Assembly: GCA_051362555.1 (NCBI GenBank)
Contig: CM120641.1
Location: 45,886,401 to 45,950,400, forward strand
From: Lingula anatina
Lineage: Eukaryota; Animalia; Brachiopoda
Length of the DNA: 64,000 bases
Direction: 5' to 3'
Part shown: piece by piece, positions 1 through 13,000 of the stretch
Layout: every line of letters begins with the position of its first letter
How positions within the stretch are numbered: the first letter of the stretch is position 1
Notes under the pieces: generated by a model
Database searches by the model: none
The model's input: the letters and a program-made list of their open reading frames with translations, nothing else
What the model was told of the DNA's origin: nothing
Made by a program: the position numbers and the translations under genes

Positions 1-2405
1 TCCCATTACGCCAAACGGACCACAGAGCAAAAAATAATTTTCCAGATGAGTAAACCGGGGGGTTTGCCAATGTGATTACACGGTTCAGAGGCAAAGTGGT
101 TTCTAAGACCGCAGAAACTAATCAAATTCCTTATGTCTGGTTATGCAGTATTTGTCTGTCCACTGATATCATGAATTAGAGAGAGGGATTAATAGTGCAT
201 TCACTAGTCATTATGAAGATATGATCACTGTGTTGCGTCACAATGTGAAAATAATTATAGCATTCCGTGCCTGTATTTGATGACGTGAAAATGCCAAGCA
301 TTTTGTACGTTTTGCGCAAAATTTATTTGCAATTGTCAAAATCACAATAGTAAATCATTTTAATGATGTAATTTAAATCATACCTGAAATCAAGGGAATA
401 CGTTGCATATGAGTAAAACCAAACAAGAGGACTGATTTGTTCGTCAAAAATGTTAATGAAATATTATTTTGATGCTTAAGGAAAAACTTGTTTGAGAATT
501 TAAAAACCGCTTTATCGTTTGAATAGTGCCTTAATTGTGTACGGAATCATCCTGTACTTGCGAGTGTTTTGTTTGTATTGAGGACTGCTTACCACACGTG
601 ATTTGTCAATGACTGAAAATATTACTGTAGACATAAAGGCAAATATTTGTTTTATTTGTCTTTTAAAATTCTATTTATTTCTTCACTTGTTAATTGAACC
701 AACTTAATACCTATACATTCATCTATCCACTGAAAAATGCATAGCTTAATTAGAAATCTACACCAAACGCTACCCCGCCTACTTTGAATCTACACCACTT
801 CCTCGTTAATATTAGACAAGTGCTTTCAAATTATTGTCTTTAGTGTACTGTTGATAATCCCATGCAAAGTAGAATATAGGTGTAACAACTGAACTTTTAT
901 TTTTCTCTTCAACTCTGGATTATGGTACTTGAACAGCATTTGTACTATAACAGTGTTCAATTATTACCTCATATTTTATAAATGCTGTGTGCATTCTTGT
1001 TTGCGTGCTAGTGTAAACTGAAAAAACTGCTTAATAGGGCTCTGTGTTGCCACCGTTCATTGTATTCTTCTGCCAATTTTCTTTAAATGATATGCTCAAC
1101 TTACTATATTATATTATTCACAACATTATGCAAATAATGCATAACACTAAATTAGCAGTGTTGATTTTCAAAAGCATTCAATTCTTCTGAATCCAAATAT
1201 CCGAATTCGTATTGAATTAGTCTTGAATGCGAATAGTTTATACTGCTCTCTTAAGGAGACGACGCATATTTAGAATACAAACAAAACTGATTTACATATA
1301 TATATATATTCTAAATTGCCCTCTTCCTAATGAGCATTTTTCATATCTAGACATTTTAGAGCCATTTCTCGGCGACGACATCCGCACGAACCGAGTTTAT
1401 CTGTTGTTCCCATGACGACTGCGTCACTCCAGTATGATCAGTTGAAATTCCGTTACGTGCGGTAATTGTAACTTCCGCCTGGGTCGCGATATTTATCTAT
1501 TAAATTCCTCCGTCTCAAGATTACTCCAACATTACGTCGGCACGCTATCGTGTTGATACCACTGGCCAGGTCTTGGGAGAAACTGACACACGCGCGGTCG
1601 CAAAAAAAATTTCACGTGTGAATGCTCGGACACCTCTAGCGTCAGATCCCCATAGATGGACAGTAATTCGAGATGGACAGTGTCCGGTTTGAGCGACAAG
1701 GGTCCTGTCGGAGAGAGACCACAGGCTCGGTGACAAGTGGAGATAAAAAGTAACGGGTCTGAGACATGGAATTAGCGGTCTCCCTATCGTAGATATGTGG
1801 GCTTGATAACGAGGCAGGGACGAGGGGAATATACGTAGAATAATTATGTCGTAGATAAAAACAGTGATTTAGGTGCGTGATTTATACCCTTCTCAAGGAA
1901 GTCAGAAACTAAATCAGGCCTTAATTGTTAGGCTACATCGAGCCCGTCAAACTCCCGTCTATGCACTGGATTCTAGTTCATTTCTTGCGGAATCACTATC
2001 ATTGCCGCGCGCTAAAGGGGCTCATTTACATAGCAAAGAGTGGTTCCAAAACACATAAATGCAACCTTTGATATAGGACGTGAAAAACAACATATATTAA
2101 ACATGCAAAGAACGTTGAAATGAAAGCAATTATTTTCGGCAATGGGTTTTAGTGAGGTGTAACCGGGCCATTTTTGAGTGATAGAGATTGCCGCAATGGT
2201 TAAAATATGTAAACTAGCGGCCCTGATTCCTACCCCTAAAACACGCGCGTGATATTTACAAAATGAGTGGGTATTTAGAAGCATTTATACGACCATGCAG
2301 AAGCTCAACAAATAGACAGTACTTTGGATATACACTCCTATACTGCAAACTTTTCGAAGATGTGTTGATAGGGAAGGTGTAATGCAAAAAAATACGACGA
2401 TTCTT

Positions 2406-2436
2406 TTTGTTTGTTTGTTTGTTTGTTTGTTTGTTT
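2406..2436. repeat. (TTTG)n microsatellite
   Basis: Seen directly. Confidence 0.95.
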
Positions 2437-2526
2437 CCACATAACCTAGAGTCCAAACTGCCAAAAACATACTCATGGATTTATGTGGTAGTAAAAATTA
2501 AATTATTCCTTTAGACTATTCCTGAC

Positions 2527-2528
<2 letters not shown>

Positions 2529-2559
<31 letters not shown>
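2529..2559. repeat. (GA)n microsatellite
   Basis: Seen directly. Confidence 0.95.
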
Positions 2560-2560
<1 letters not shown>

Positions 2561-4598
2561 AAGTCGTTTGGGGGAGGGAGTCGGTTGTTTTTTTACAATC
2601 GAAGCCAGTTACCGGTAGTTACCGGTAGTATATTACCCTGCAAAATCACAGTTATCATACCATGACGTACTATGTAAAAAAAGAGTTCACATCTAAATGT
2701 ATCAATGCAGCCTATGAGATTATTCACCCGCACGTATTGAATAAAGATCAAAGTGGGGAATGAGCATCAAAACGGATAAGGTGGCGAAACGTGTCACAAT
2801 ACAAAACAATTATTTCGACCCATGGTATTTGTTCCCCAAACCACGACACACGCACCTGTCTCTCTGCCATTGGGTAATAACAAATCAAGAGAAGTAAGAT
2901 TTCCTATAGCCCTTGATTTGCTACCATTCTTTCTAAAATATCATTTCGACATATTTGTGGTTAAATGTATGTTTTGATTGAATATGCGTCAATATCTTTG
3001 AAGAAAAACAAGATCCTTTTTCTTCATTGATAGTTTGCGTTTGGGTCAAACTTGTGAATGAATTGAAGGGGTCCATAGGAATAGAACATGTAACTGTGTG
3101 AAAATAAAGCAAAGGATGAAACAAATTCTTTTGCAAGAGAAATTTTGTGTGTGTGTGTGTTTGTTGGGGGGAGAGGGATGATGTAAAAACTGGAAAACAC
3201 GTGATATTTTCAGGGGTTAAAGGGTAGAGATCCCGATATCAAAAATGAATTACATTTGTACTGTACTTCGATCTCCTAGAAAGAACTTGTGTTGAACTGA
3301 TAAGAGCAATTTTCATCATATATGTTTGTTCAAATGTTCTTAATTTGTATCATTATCAATATCTTTTCATTGTATATCATGAAAACATAAATTTTAATGA
3401 ATAATACCGTGAAATATATTGATGAAATTAATGTTTTTTTCTGCTATGGCCCTACAGTAAATATTGTACTGCTCACCTTTACAAGGAAATGAATAAATTA
3501 GAGCCAAGTGCAAAATAAACAAGTCATTCCCAGTGTTTTCCTTTTGGGCTCTAATTAACAAAATAGTAAACAAGAATATGACGATTTTATTGCACCTGAC
3601 TTGCTGATCACATTCTTGTGGTTACACCAACAACAAAAGGTTGGCCATGATCAAAGCAAGAGGAGAAGCGCCAAGAACAATATGTCCGGTCCTAGTAGGA
3701 ACGTAAAATGAACAAGGTAGCGAAGATAATTGAACCACAAGTGAATATGCTATAAAAACATTTTCTGTGTCACCTTTTGTACCATAAGTTGTCAGTTATA
3801 TTTGTCGTGTCCCGAGGGTTCGTAGTTCGTCATCTTCCCCAGTTTTTACAATACCATCTCTGTAGTTGACGTCGCGTTTTTGTCACCGCCAAGGCGTCAA
3901 GTACACAGAAGGAGAGGTGTCAGACAACACTATCCTATTTTTTAAACAAAAACAACTTTTTTTATCTATTGTAGCTTATTTGATTTATGGTTTTACCGTA
4001 GGCGCCTGCTATAGGTCCCTATAAATATAGCGCAGAGAGGAGTGTCAGCTACATATATTTCAGGCATTCGAAGAAAGGTCGAAATTTCAGTTGGGATATA
4101 ATATGAGATAACATTAGAATCACAGATCTGTCTTCAGTTGGGATTTATTTAAGGCCTTATCTTAGATCGCCATTTAGAAACGTGCATTTTCCTATTAAAA
4201 CTTTTCTGAAGTTTCTTATCGACGTTAAAACATGCTATTTATACAAGATGTTCTACGGAGTTTCCACAACCACTTCGCGACAAGAACTTCAAGTGCATAC
4301 TCTCATATAGGCGATCTTATTTCGAGTAAAAACTGGATCAGAAGGTGTCAAAGCGAAAATAATCAGACTTCTGTGTCAGTGATTGATGAGCCGAGCGATG
4401 ATCTCGGAGAGAATGAATTTGTATACAAACAAGCAAAAATGTGTTGAATAGGAGTATAGAAAAACCTCCAACATGACATGACCTAATGTTTTGGCGACCC
4501 CAAAGGAGCAATATCCCGTTTCTATTATATAGTTGAATTCTTCTGGTTTCCAATGCCTCATAAATTGTCGACCCAGTACTAGTAATTCAATACTGCGC

Positions 4599-4600
<2 letters not shown>

Positions 4601-4637
<37 letters not shown>

Positions 4638-4652
4638 CGTGCATGCGTGTGT
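4601..4652. repeat. (GT)n microsatellite with degenerate tail
   Basis: Seen directly. Confidence 0.95.
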
Positions 4653-6299
4653 GCTTGTAAGGGAGTGAGTGAGTGTGTCAGTGTTTTCTTCAGATGAACA
4701 GAAATATTTCCCAGTGGGAAACGCTTTTTAAATACAGGGGGAGCGGCGGGTAGGGGAGCGTAGTGATCCGTGGCGCTCTATTCCTCCCATTTTGCAGTGA
4801 TCTACCTAAATACGTGCTAAAATTGCGCCTCTACCTGCCCCTCCCACTCCTGACCAATTTGACCCCCCACTGGCCAGTACCTGTTACCACCGGACCAAAA
4901 GTGGCCAAAGTCGTGTGGTCACCAATGGACACAAACACGACAGCCAGGTTTGGGTAGGCGTGGTCAGCAAAACTGACTCTACAGCCAAGCATACCTGCAA
5001 CACCTGAGGGTGTTTGAACGTTCAAGTTGTGATGAATATATGGAGGGACTGTCTACTCCTCTCATATATACAGGGGGTATAAACATATCACCTGATATAA
5101 GTGATGGTACCCTGTTCCCTGTAAAGGACTGTCATTTGACCATGGGTATGTATGGATACGGGCAAATGTACAGCATATCCGTATTACAGGGCGAGCTAGG
5201 ATCCAATATAAAAGGACAAAGGCTTATGCTCGATCCTGGGGTCGAGTCATTGAATCATTTCCTTTCAAGTTGTCTGAGATTGATCATAAGTGTTAAAATG
5301 ATACATATGTAACCCTGTCGATCTCTGTCGCTCTCTCTTATATATAGTACATATTCCTAATAAGATCGGCCATATGCCCATGGACAAAAAGATTTATCAG
5401 ATTGCCCGTATCGTATACGACATGACGTGACATGTAGTGTCTTCAGGAGTCGAAAATAACATATTCTTGCGGTAAAAAAAAGGAAAAACTGAGCACTATG
5501 AAACCTGTGCTGCAAAAAGCCTGTACAAAAAGCAGTCGACCGCTGTTCATGTAAACGATATTACACGCTATCATACGTACAATCATACTACGTATAAGAA
5601 GCTCTTGTCAACCCGGTATGTTTCTATTACACCCACATTTGATGTCTTCATTGAGCGAAGAAAATTTGAAACGAGTCATCACTTTTTATATCATCAGTAC
5701 GGTATTAGTTTTCTTTTCTTCTGGGTTTTTAAAGAAAGCATTGATGCGTGATTTTTCCTCTCTCTCTCTCAAAGGAATCATACACCTCGAGGTTTAGAGT
5801 CCTGAATTCTCATTTTACATATGTTTTATCTATTCATCTATAAAACAATATGCACTCTCGGCGAAAAAGAAGCTCGGCACAATATATCAACCATGCTGGT
5901 AAAATGTTTATTAAAGACAATTATAAAAGGGTAAATAAAACCAATAAAATCAAAGTTGACATCGTTTACAATCAAATTACAGGAATTTGAAACAATCATT
6001 CTAAAAAAGCTGTAAAAATAAAACTGCCAAAAAAGGTCTGCCCAAACCAAGTTCATCAGAATTCGGCCATCACATGGAATCAAGGTGAGTGTAAATCACA
6101 TAGCGTCAGTCGAGAGGTATGACACTTGTCATAACAAAATCAACCTCGACACATCAAGACATATACTCGTGGGGCATTCCAGTGCTTGTTATATATCGAT
6201 TTAATATACCCCCCTGTTGTCTTATTCGCAGTATCAAGATAGAGTGTTCGTGGTCCCCCTTCTCACTCATTTGTTATTTGACCTACACATCGAGATGAC

Positions 6300-6983
6300 A
6301 CTAACACGTTAATGGCCCTCGGGCGCTCGAGCTCATTTGGACCAATGGGGATCCAGGTATTGTCCTCATTTGCATATGTATGAGGCTGTCAATGGGACTG
6401 ACAATGGGGGAGATTCCGGTGTCCCTTTAGCACGCAAATTTCCACCATCATATTCTATAGGTCCCACTGGGTTCGCCGCTTCAATATTAGAAAACACTGA
6501 CGGGTCCTTGGCAAGCGCGTTTCCCCCCAGTCGTCAAGAGTGTCGCACTTTGGGAAGGTTTACGGGCACGAGGCGGAAGACTTGAAACGACAAGGTTTCT
6601 TAGTCAAGCGTAGCCCTCAATAGAAACAGGTGAGTACGATATGTTCACACTTGAGTGAGGCTACGGTGCGCGTGATATTGTCCCCCTGTACATGATCGGC
6701 CTTTCCTATGACTGCACATCAGTGGTGATCAGCGTGTCACATCGTGTCCTTTCAGGCGGAACTCTCAACTAAACTGTACTTTGCAGCCCAAGCGGAGAAG
6801 CGTTCACACCGAGTGGAAGGGGGATTTGGTGTCGCTTGACTAACCACTCTCGACATTCTACCTCCAAACACAGCACAGGCAGGTCATACGGCCAGCCAAC
6901 CGAGGCCGGGGGAATACCACCGCCTAGCGAAAATACGAGACTTTTTATCTCCCTGAGCCTGCACCACCGTCCGCACGTTGAAA
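6300..6983 (+). promoter_or_regulatory. CpG-rich putative promoter/5' leader of exon 1a, with paired-domain-like sites
   Basis: Raised GC/CpG. Motifs TAGTCAAGCGTAGCC (6601), TTCACACTTGAGTG (6644) and CGCTTGACTAA (6833). Confidence 0.4.
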
Positions 6984-7062
6984 ATGATGATGGATAGCAC
7001 GTCCTTCGAGCACTTCCAGGAGCTAAAACCCATGATGAACAACTCTGGGAAAATGGGAACAG
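6984..7062 (+). CDS. Pax2/5/8: Candidate alternative first coding exon 1a ([27 protein letters not shown])
   Basis: ATG at 6984, 79 nt (26 codons +1), strong donor CAG|GTAAGA. Phase 1 joins in frame to GC-CAY of either paired exon. CpG-rich, promoter-like upstream region. Confidence 0.6.
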
Positions 7063-10000
7063 GTAAGAAATTTACATATTTTGAGAGGTTTTGGTTTGGA
7101 ATTGTCTCTGGGTATACCATAGCGCTGTGGGAGCTCTCGGTTGACACGTTGGTTTTACCTCAGTGGGAATCTCCGTCACGGGTGCAAGGGGACCAGTCAA
7201 CTGAAAAACAGTAAACAAACGCGACGTGGGATGACTGCCATTGAGTTACCAAGCTGAAATTCACACTTTCTGGTCCATTTAGTGGAAGTAGATGGAATAT
7301 ATTTTATTTCACCTGTAAATTAAAAAGGCAAAAATTCCGTCACGTCGACGCCTGTCTATAAGACGCAGTCGATATTATAACGCTAGCTGGTCAGAGAAAA
7401 TGGGTGATATACTAGGTAAAATATCATTATTCAACACCGAACGAATATTTTAGTGAAGTACAGGTGATTTTGTGATATTTGCTAGGGTTCATTGGTGAAG
7501 GTGGACCTCGTCTGATAATGACATGCACACATCGCTGATCTGTCGGTAACCGCAAATGCAAAACTACCTGGTATTTATACGCGGATTCCACCACTTTCAC
7601 CTTAGTGATGACAGACACCTGTTGATCAAACCTATTAGATTTTAGTTTTTTACTTTAATATCAGCATCACTAACATAATTGTTTTTATTAAATGAAATAT
7701 TTTGAGTATTTATTGAGATTGAATTCAACGATAATAGTAAAATTAAGGGATGCCATGGGGTAAATTTAAGAAAACGAAGGTGTGTTTTGTCATGTTATTC
7801 AAAGGGTTAAACCAGGTATATCACTTGTTTACAAGTTTGACTCTAGGCATTTCAGTTATGTTAATTGTTTCTCTTGTCTAATTGACTAACTTTTACTTAC
7901 TTTCCCTACCAAAACTCGACTTAATTCAGTCACTTTTCGTTGGGATTTTAAACCGCCAAAATGAGATGACGACGCCATCGTCTGCCGCTGAGAAGCATCG
8001 CGGGTCGAACAATATGGTAGCCGATATTGCCCAAGTTTATGTAATTCCCGCTGCGCATTTTGATGGAACTCCGGTGCGAAATATTTTGTTTGTATCATTA
8101 TGAGTTGTTGCGGGAAAAATTTCTCACAGACTGTCACATGATAGGAGTGGTTTATATAATATATAGGAGCCTGCTGATCTTCCTCCATTCAATCCTCGAC
8201 TCTTCTTCTGAAAAGGGTCCCATTGAAATCCGTCCATCAGCTCGACACAATCGTTACGATTTGCTAGAGCGATAATATGATTGTTAATTTGAACAAAATT
8301 GTTTCGGGCCTGGCCTCTGCTGATAATAGCGTGATAAAAACAGAATGGGTGGAAACGGCGTTCCCAGACCGCACAATAGCCCCAACGCTGCCGTTACGTA
8401 ACATCTTCAGGATGAAAGTAGAAACGAAGAATCACGATTCTAAAGATGGACTAGTATTTGTCAGTACGTGCGAGGGCGATGTGTTGACTCAATCAGATAA
8501 GACCGACAATATTGTCCATCCGAAGAAATTGGTGGACGGAGCGGTGATGTACCTTCAATAGGACCAGTGGGTGTGATTAAGTTCAATCATTACAAACTCC
8601 TTTGAAACAAGGTTTTGGGGGATTTTGAAGACAATTTCCAATCCCATCTTTCTTTTTCATACATGATAATCCTTGCAAGCCAAACCTTTCCCAAATTATT
8701 TTCTTTCCATACTACATTAAGACGACCATTTTAACATCTTGGTCCTTTTCATTCTTACGTCACCATATCAATCAGTATCTAGACACCCTTTGAAAGAATA
8801 AGAAATGATATGAAATTCACAGTTTCTTGTAACAGCTTACCAAAATGATCATAAACTGTGCGGTGTCCTGGTTCTAAGTCGTGGCCCACCTATGGGAAGG
8901 TCAACGTGAAATTTTACCTTCGAGTGCCATCCTCGCCTTGTATGGATTCTGAAAAGAAATACTTCACTCTATTATTCTTTTCAAAAACATGCCTTCCATA
9001 CCCGGGGCTTTATTCGTCCAGGGTTTAAATCTGTCAGTATATTTCTAAGGCAGCTGAGGCAGTAAAGACGGGCAAATGGCTCTAATATCTCGGTTAAGCA
9101 GAATCAAGAAGATATTAGAAATCAAAATGTTGTAAATCTCTCTCTTAATGCATCTTTCTATTGTCTGAAGATTTTCAGGTTTTCTAGCGCCTTTCTTAAG
9201 CCTCCCAAGCGCTGACCTTGGACAAATAAAACGAAGCTAATGAAATTATCTCTCCATCGAACTTTTTATTTTGAATTTTAGTGAATATTTTACGGTAATG
9301 TCTATCTGACACGTGGTTATTTTTCCTGAACAGTGATTTCCCTTGAATATTTAAAGGCTGCCAACAAGCCCGAATGCTGAGTTGCCATCATGTAGTAAAG
9401 TCAATTCACCCGAATTACTCAATCATCAAGTAATGAAGGAAAATTAATTCGCCCGCTACTTTATCTACGCTTACATGTCATTTGTTTAACATTACGGGCT
9501 ATACACACTTCTTTAGCGGGTGGGTGACCACAGTTCATTCTCCTGTATATAAGCTTCAATTCACATGGCATTTAAGTAAATCAAATATACACCATTATAG
9601 TGGTGAACTAATGTGTGCCGGTAAATCAAAAAAAGCTTATTAAAATTCATTTATTAGAGTCTTCTGGACATTGTAGAAATTACAAAATATTATTATAACC
9701 CTATTTCAATAATTCACGATTATTTGCAGTTTGAAATCACTTCCTCAAAAATGTTTTCATCTTTTAATAATTAGGCCTGCTTGTACTTTGATAAGCGTGA
9801 TAATGGCAGATAGGTGTGTTAAATTTGTTTACAACGAAGATATTTTTAACTATAATTACTTGAATCACCGTGACTTGACGAAATGATACCCGAACAAATA
9901 ACAACAACAACGTAAATAGGCCCCAAAACTAGTCCATTGCCAGCTGCTCTATTTTTAAGAAATCATAATATTCGACAAGCCATAATGGTTTGTAAAAGTT

Positions 10001-13000
10001 CTAAAGCAAACAACATATGTTTGTTCATCATACGTGATTCTTTCCCTTGAAATCATCAACGTAACCTTAAACAACCAGAGTAACTTAAAACTTTAAAATC
10101 TAAATATCCTGTTTACCAGCATATTACAGAGAAATATAATACGCTGATTTCCCACATTTAAACCTGCAATTCTGTAGCGTGATGACATTCTACAATTGCA
10201 CATAAAATACCTTTGAAGAAGCAATTTTAGCTTTGAATGCTCTGTCAGTATTGAATGTTGGTAGGCGGGTTTAGGGAAACAAAAAAGAAGGATAATTTAT
10301 CATCATGATTGAAAGATAATGGAAAAAATAATGAGGTTTTTTTATTTACTCATTTTAAAATTGTTATCAGTATATCCTTGTTAATATTTTTATTGGTTGT
10401 AAAATCAGTCGTAGGGCAAAACATTTGAAACGCTCCGTTTTTAGATGGGTGTTAGCATTGTAAAATAAGTGTATTTTGTTTTTCTTTTTCATTTATCTTT
10501 GTACAGTTATTATTTAGACAAAATAAAAAAAAACGCTTTATCATCGATATTTGTGTAAAGAGTATCGACTTGAAGGTTTAGTGGGAAAGCCCGGAGGGGA
10601 CCTCGAGATGTAAGGAGTATCTATGGCGCCACGGAGTGCGGGAATAATGACAACGCGTCCATGAACGAAGGACACCTATTATTATCGGCATCGACATGAC
10701 AAATTCTTCAATCTTGACCGCTACTTATGATTATTAACATTTTGACGCTGTCCAGCTTAAGCACACCTTTTGAGCCGCTAATACATACGGGGGGTTCATC
10801 CATCATACCTGGACGACATGTCCACTTGTACTACTTGTAGAGGTATCACAGAAGCGTGGGAAGGGCAGAAATGTTACTGGAAAAATTCAGCTTCCTGTTT
10901 CGCTTCTTTAAAACAGATGCAAAATACGCAAACTCCGTTGTATACTCATTAGAGTGTCTATCTAAAGGAGATGTCTTCATCAAGGCTCTGACCCTAGATC
11001 GCTCTCTTTGATAACCCGTGAGGAGTTGATAGGACAGAGAGGAATTTCCCTGGTGGAATTTTTAAGAGATGCTGCTGGGATGCGTGCACATTTGAAAACA
11101 AAAACAAAATACATTTCTGTCTTTTTAGGTTTCACGTTTTGTCTTGCTCATTGAAATATTCCATCCCATACAGCAGTTTCAAAGTAATGCTTTCTAAACT
11201 TTAACTGTATTGGCTAGTAAACCCATAGGGAAATCGGAAGAAAATCCGTACGTCTTTGCGTGGAACTTCTAAAATGCGTTTTTAAAATAGCAGTTAATAT
11301 ATATCATATTAAATGAATATTTATTTATTAAATTTAACGGGCATATTATCTACAAATGAAATTGATCGAGGTGAAGCAAACCGCTTAACCGCAAAAGCCC
11401 GCTCAGTACATTGCTTTTAAAAGAATCTTCCACGACATGATGAAGGATATACTACGCAGACATAATCATAACGTGGATAAACAGATAAGATGATTTTTAT
11501 TTGAAAGTCCCGTTCCGCATGCTCGCCTAGTCTTCGTGTCGCACGAGCCCTGGCGTGCGGTGGTCATGGCAACGCGGAGTGAGCAGCGCGCAGCGAGGCG
11601 TGTGATGAGGACATAAGAATTCGTGTAAAACTCAGCTTCACGGTCGCGCACCACTGGGCGAGTTCTCTCCAGAGACTGCCAAATAAAATATCGTTTTAAT
11701 AATAACCCAGTGATAAACGCTCATCACCCATCGGCAAACCCCGGGGGATATGAAACTTAACATAACTAAATATTATTTTGATTCAGACGAAATAGGACCC
11801 CGCCTTCGGGCATAGGGAACTCCGCTTGCGATCCAACTTAATCGTATCTATTTGCTGTACGGGGTGATTTGCAAAATAATATTTGGAGTCCATACTAAAT
11901 GACTTCTTCAGCTAAAACCCAACCGACGACCTACATTATCGAACACGGGTGTTATTGTTAGAAAAATCGTCAACAATACCGCCTCTGATTCTACCATTGT
12001 TGTTTATATGAGCTTCTTTTTTTGATATGGATACCCGTCAGGCGATCGACCCGCGAACCCAACCCTTATTTCTACTAACTGATTGTCTGCCACACGGGGA
12101 GAGGCGTCTGTTTCGTCATCACACACCCTGCGATTCACGTGATTTTATTTAAGATTCATGGATCTGGTCGATTTGAACGCGCCCACACAAATACACAGTA
12201 ACCCATGCTGTTACTGAATATAGAGAAGTATTTTACGACCATCACGGGCGATTGGACTTATAGTTATATACTTTATTACGTTTATCCCCATGGATACCCA
12301 AACTGTTATCATTAGATGGAATTTTAGAAACTAATTTGATAATTGTTTTTCATTATTTCCAATATTTTTCATAATTATCATAAAAAGTAGCGGTAGAATT
12401 TTTTTAAAATTTTATGATGAGTTTTTTTAACCATCGTTCTCTGCTTCTTCAAAATGACAGTAAAATGCATACATAAAATCATTCTGATGTCGTCATTGAA
12501 CCGCATTTCGCTTTTAACTCCACGTTATTATCATCCAGTTGTTTTTATTGGTAAACAACTGCGAAATATATAGATGTAAGAAACAAAAAGCGACTATTTC
12601 ATCATAACGCTTTTTATCATTTTCATATTCTGCTACCTTCCATTTTGTCTTTTTTTCGATTATCACCAAGTTGGGGTTAAGATAGTCCCTGATTTAAAAA
12701 AAAAAACTAAATACGCGCTTGGTATACACTTGCTACAGAATATAATTGGACTGAAGTGTTTTATGATCACAAAACTTTTTTTTTTCATTTCCTCATCCAC
12801 ATATTTAGATCGATAAGCTGGTAGCAATCTTTTTTACGGTTTTATTTCTTCGATCAAATATCTTGTTTTTCGTCTTTCTCATAATAGTATGTCAAGGAAG
12901 TAAGATTCATTATAACCGTTGTGTTATTTTGAAAGGGTTGCAAACATGCATTCGAATGTGAAAATTATAATGTTTCGATGTAGATGAGCCGCCCTGACTA

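Noticed and set aside
1370-1900. CpG-rich patch with ETS-like ACTTCCG, as a promoter of a neighbouring gene
   Set aside because: No linked exon or ORF could be identified within the window.
4760-5312. GC-richer segment with short ORFs, as a transposon fragment
   Set aside because: No recognisable RT/transposase motifs, terminal repeats or target-site duplications.
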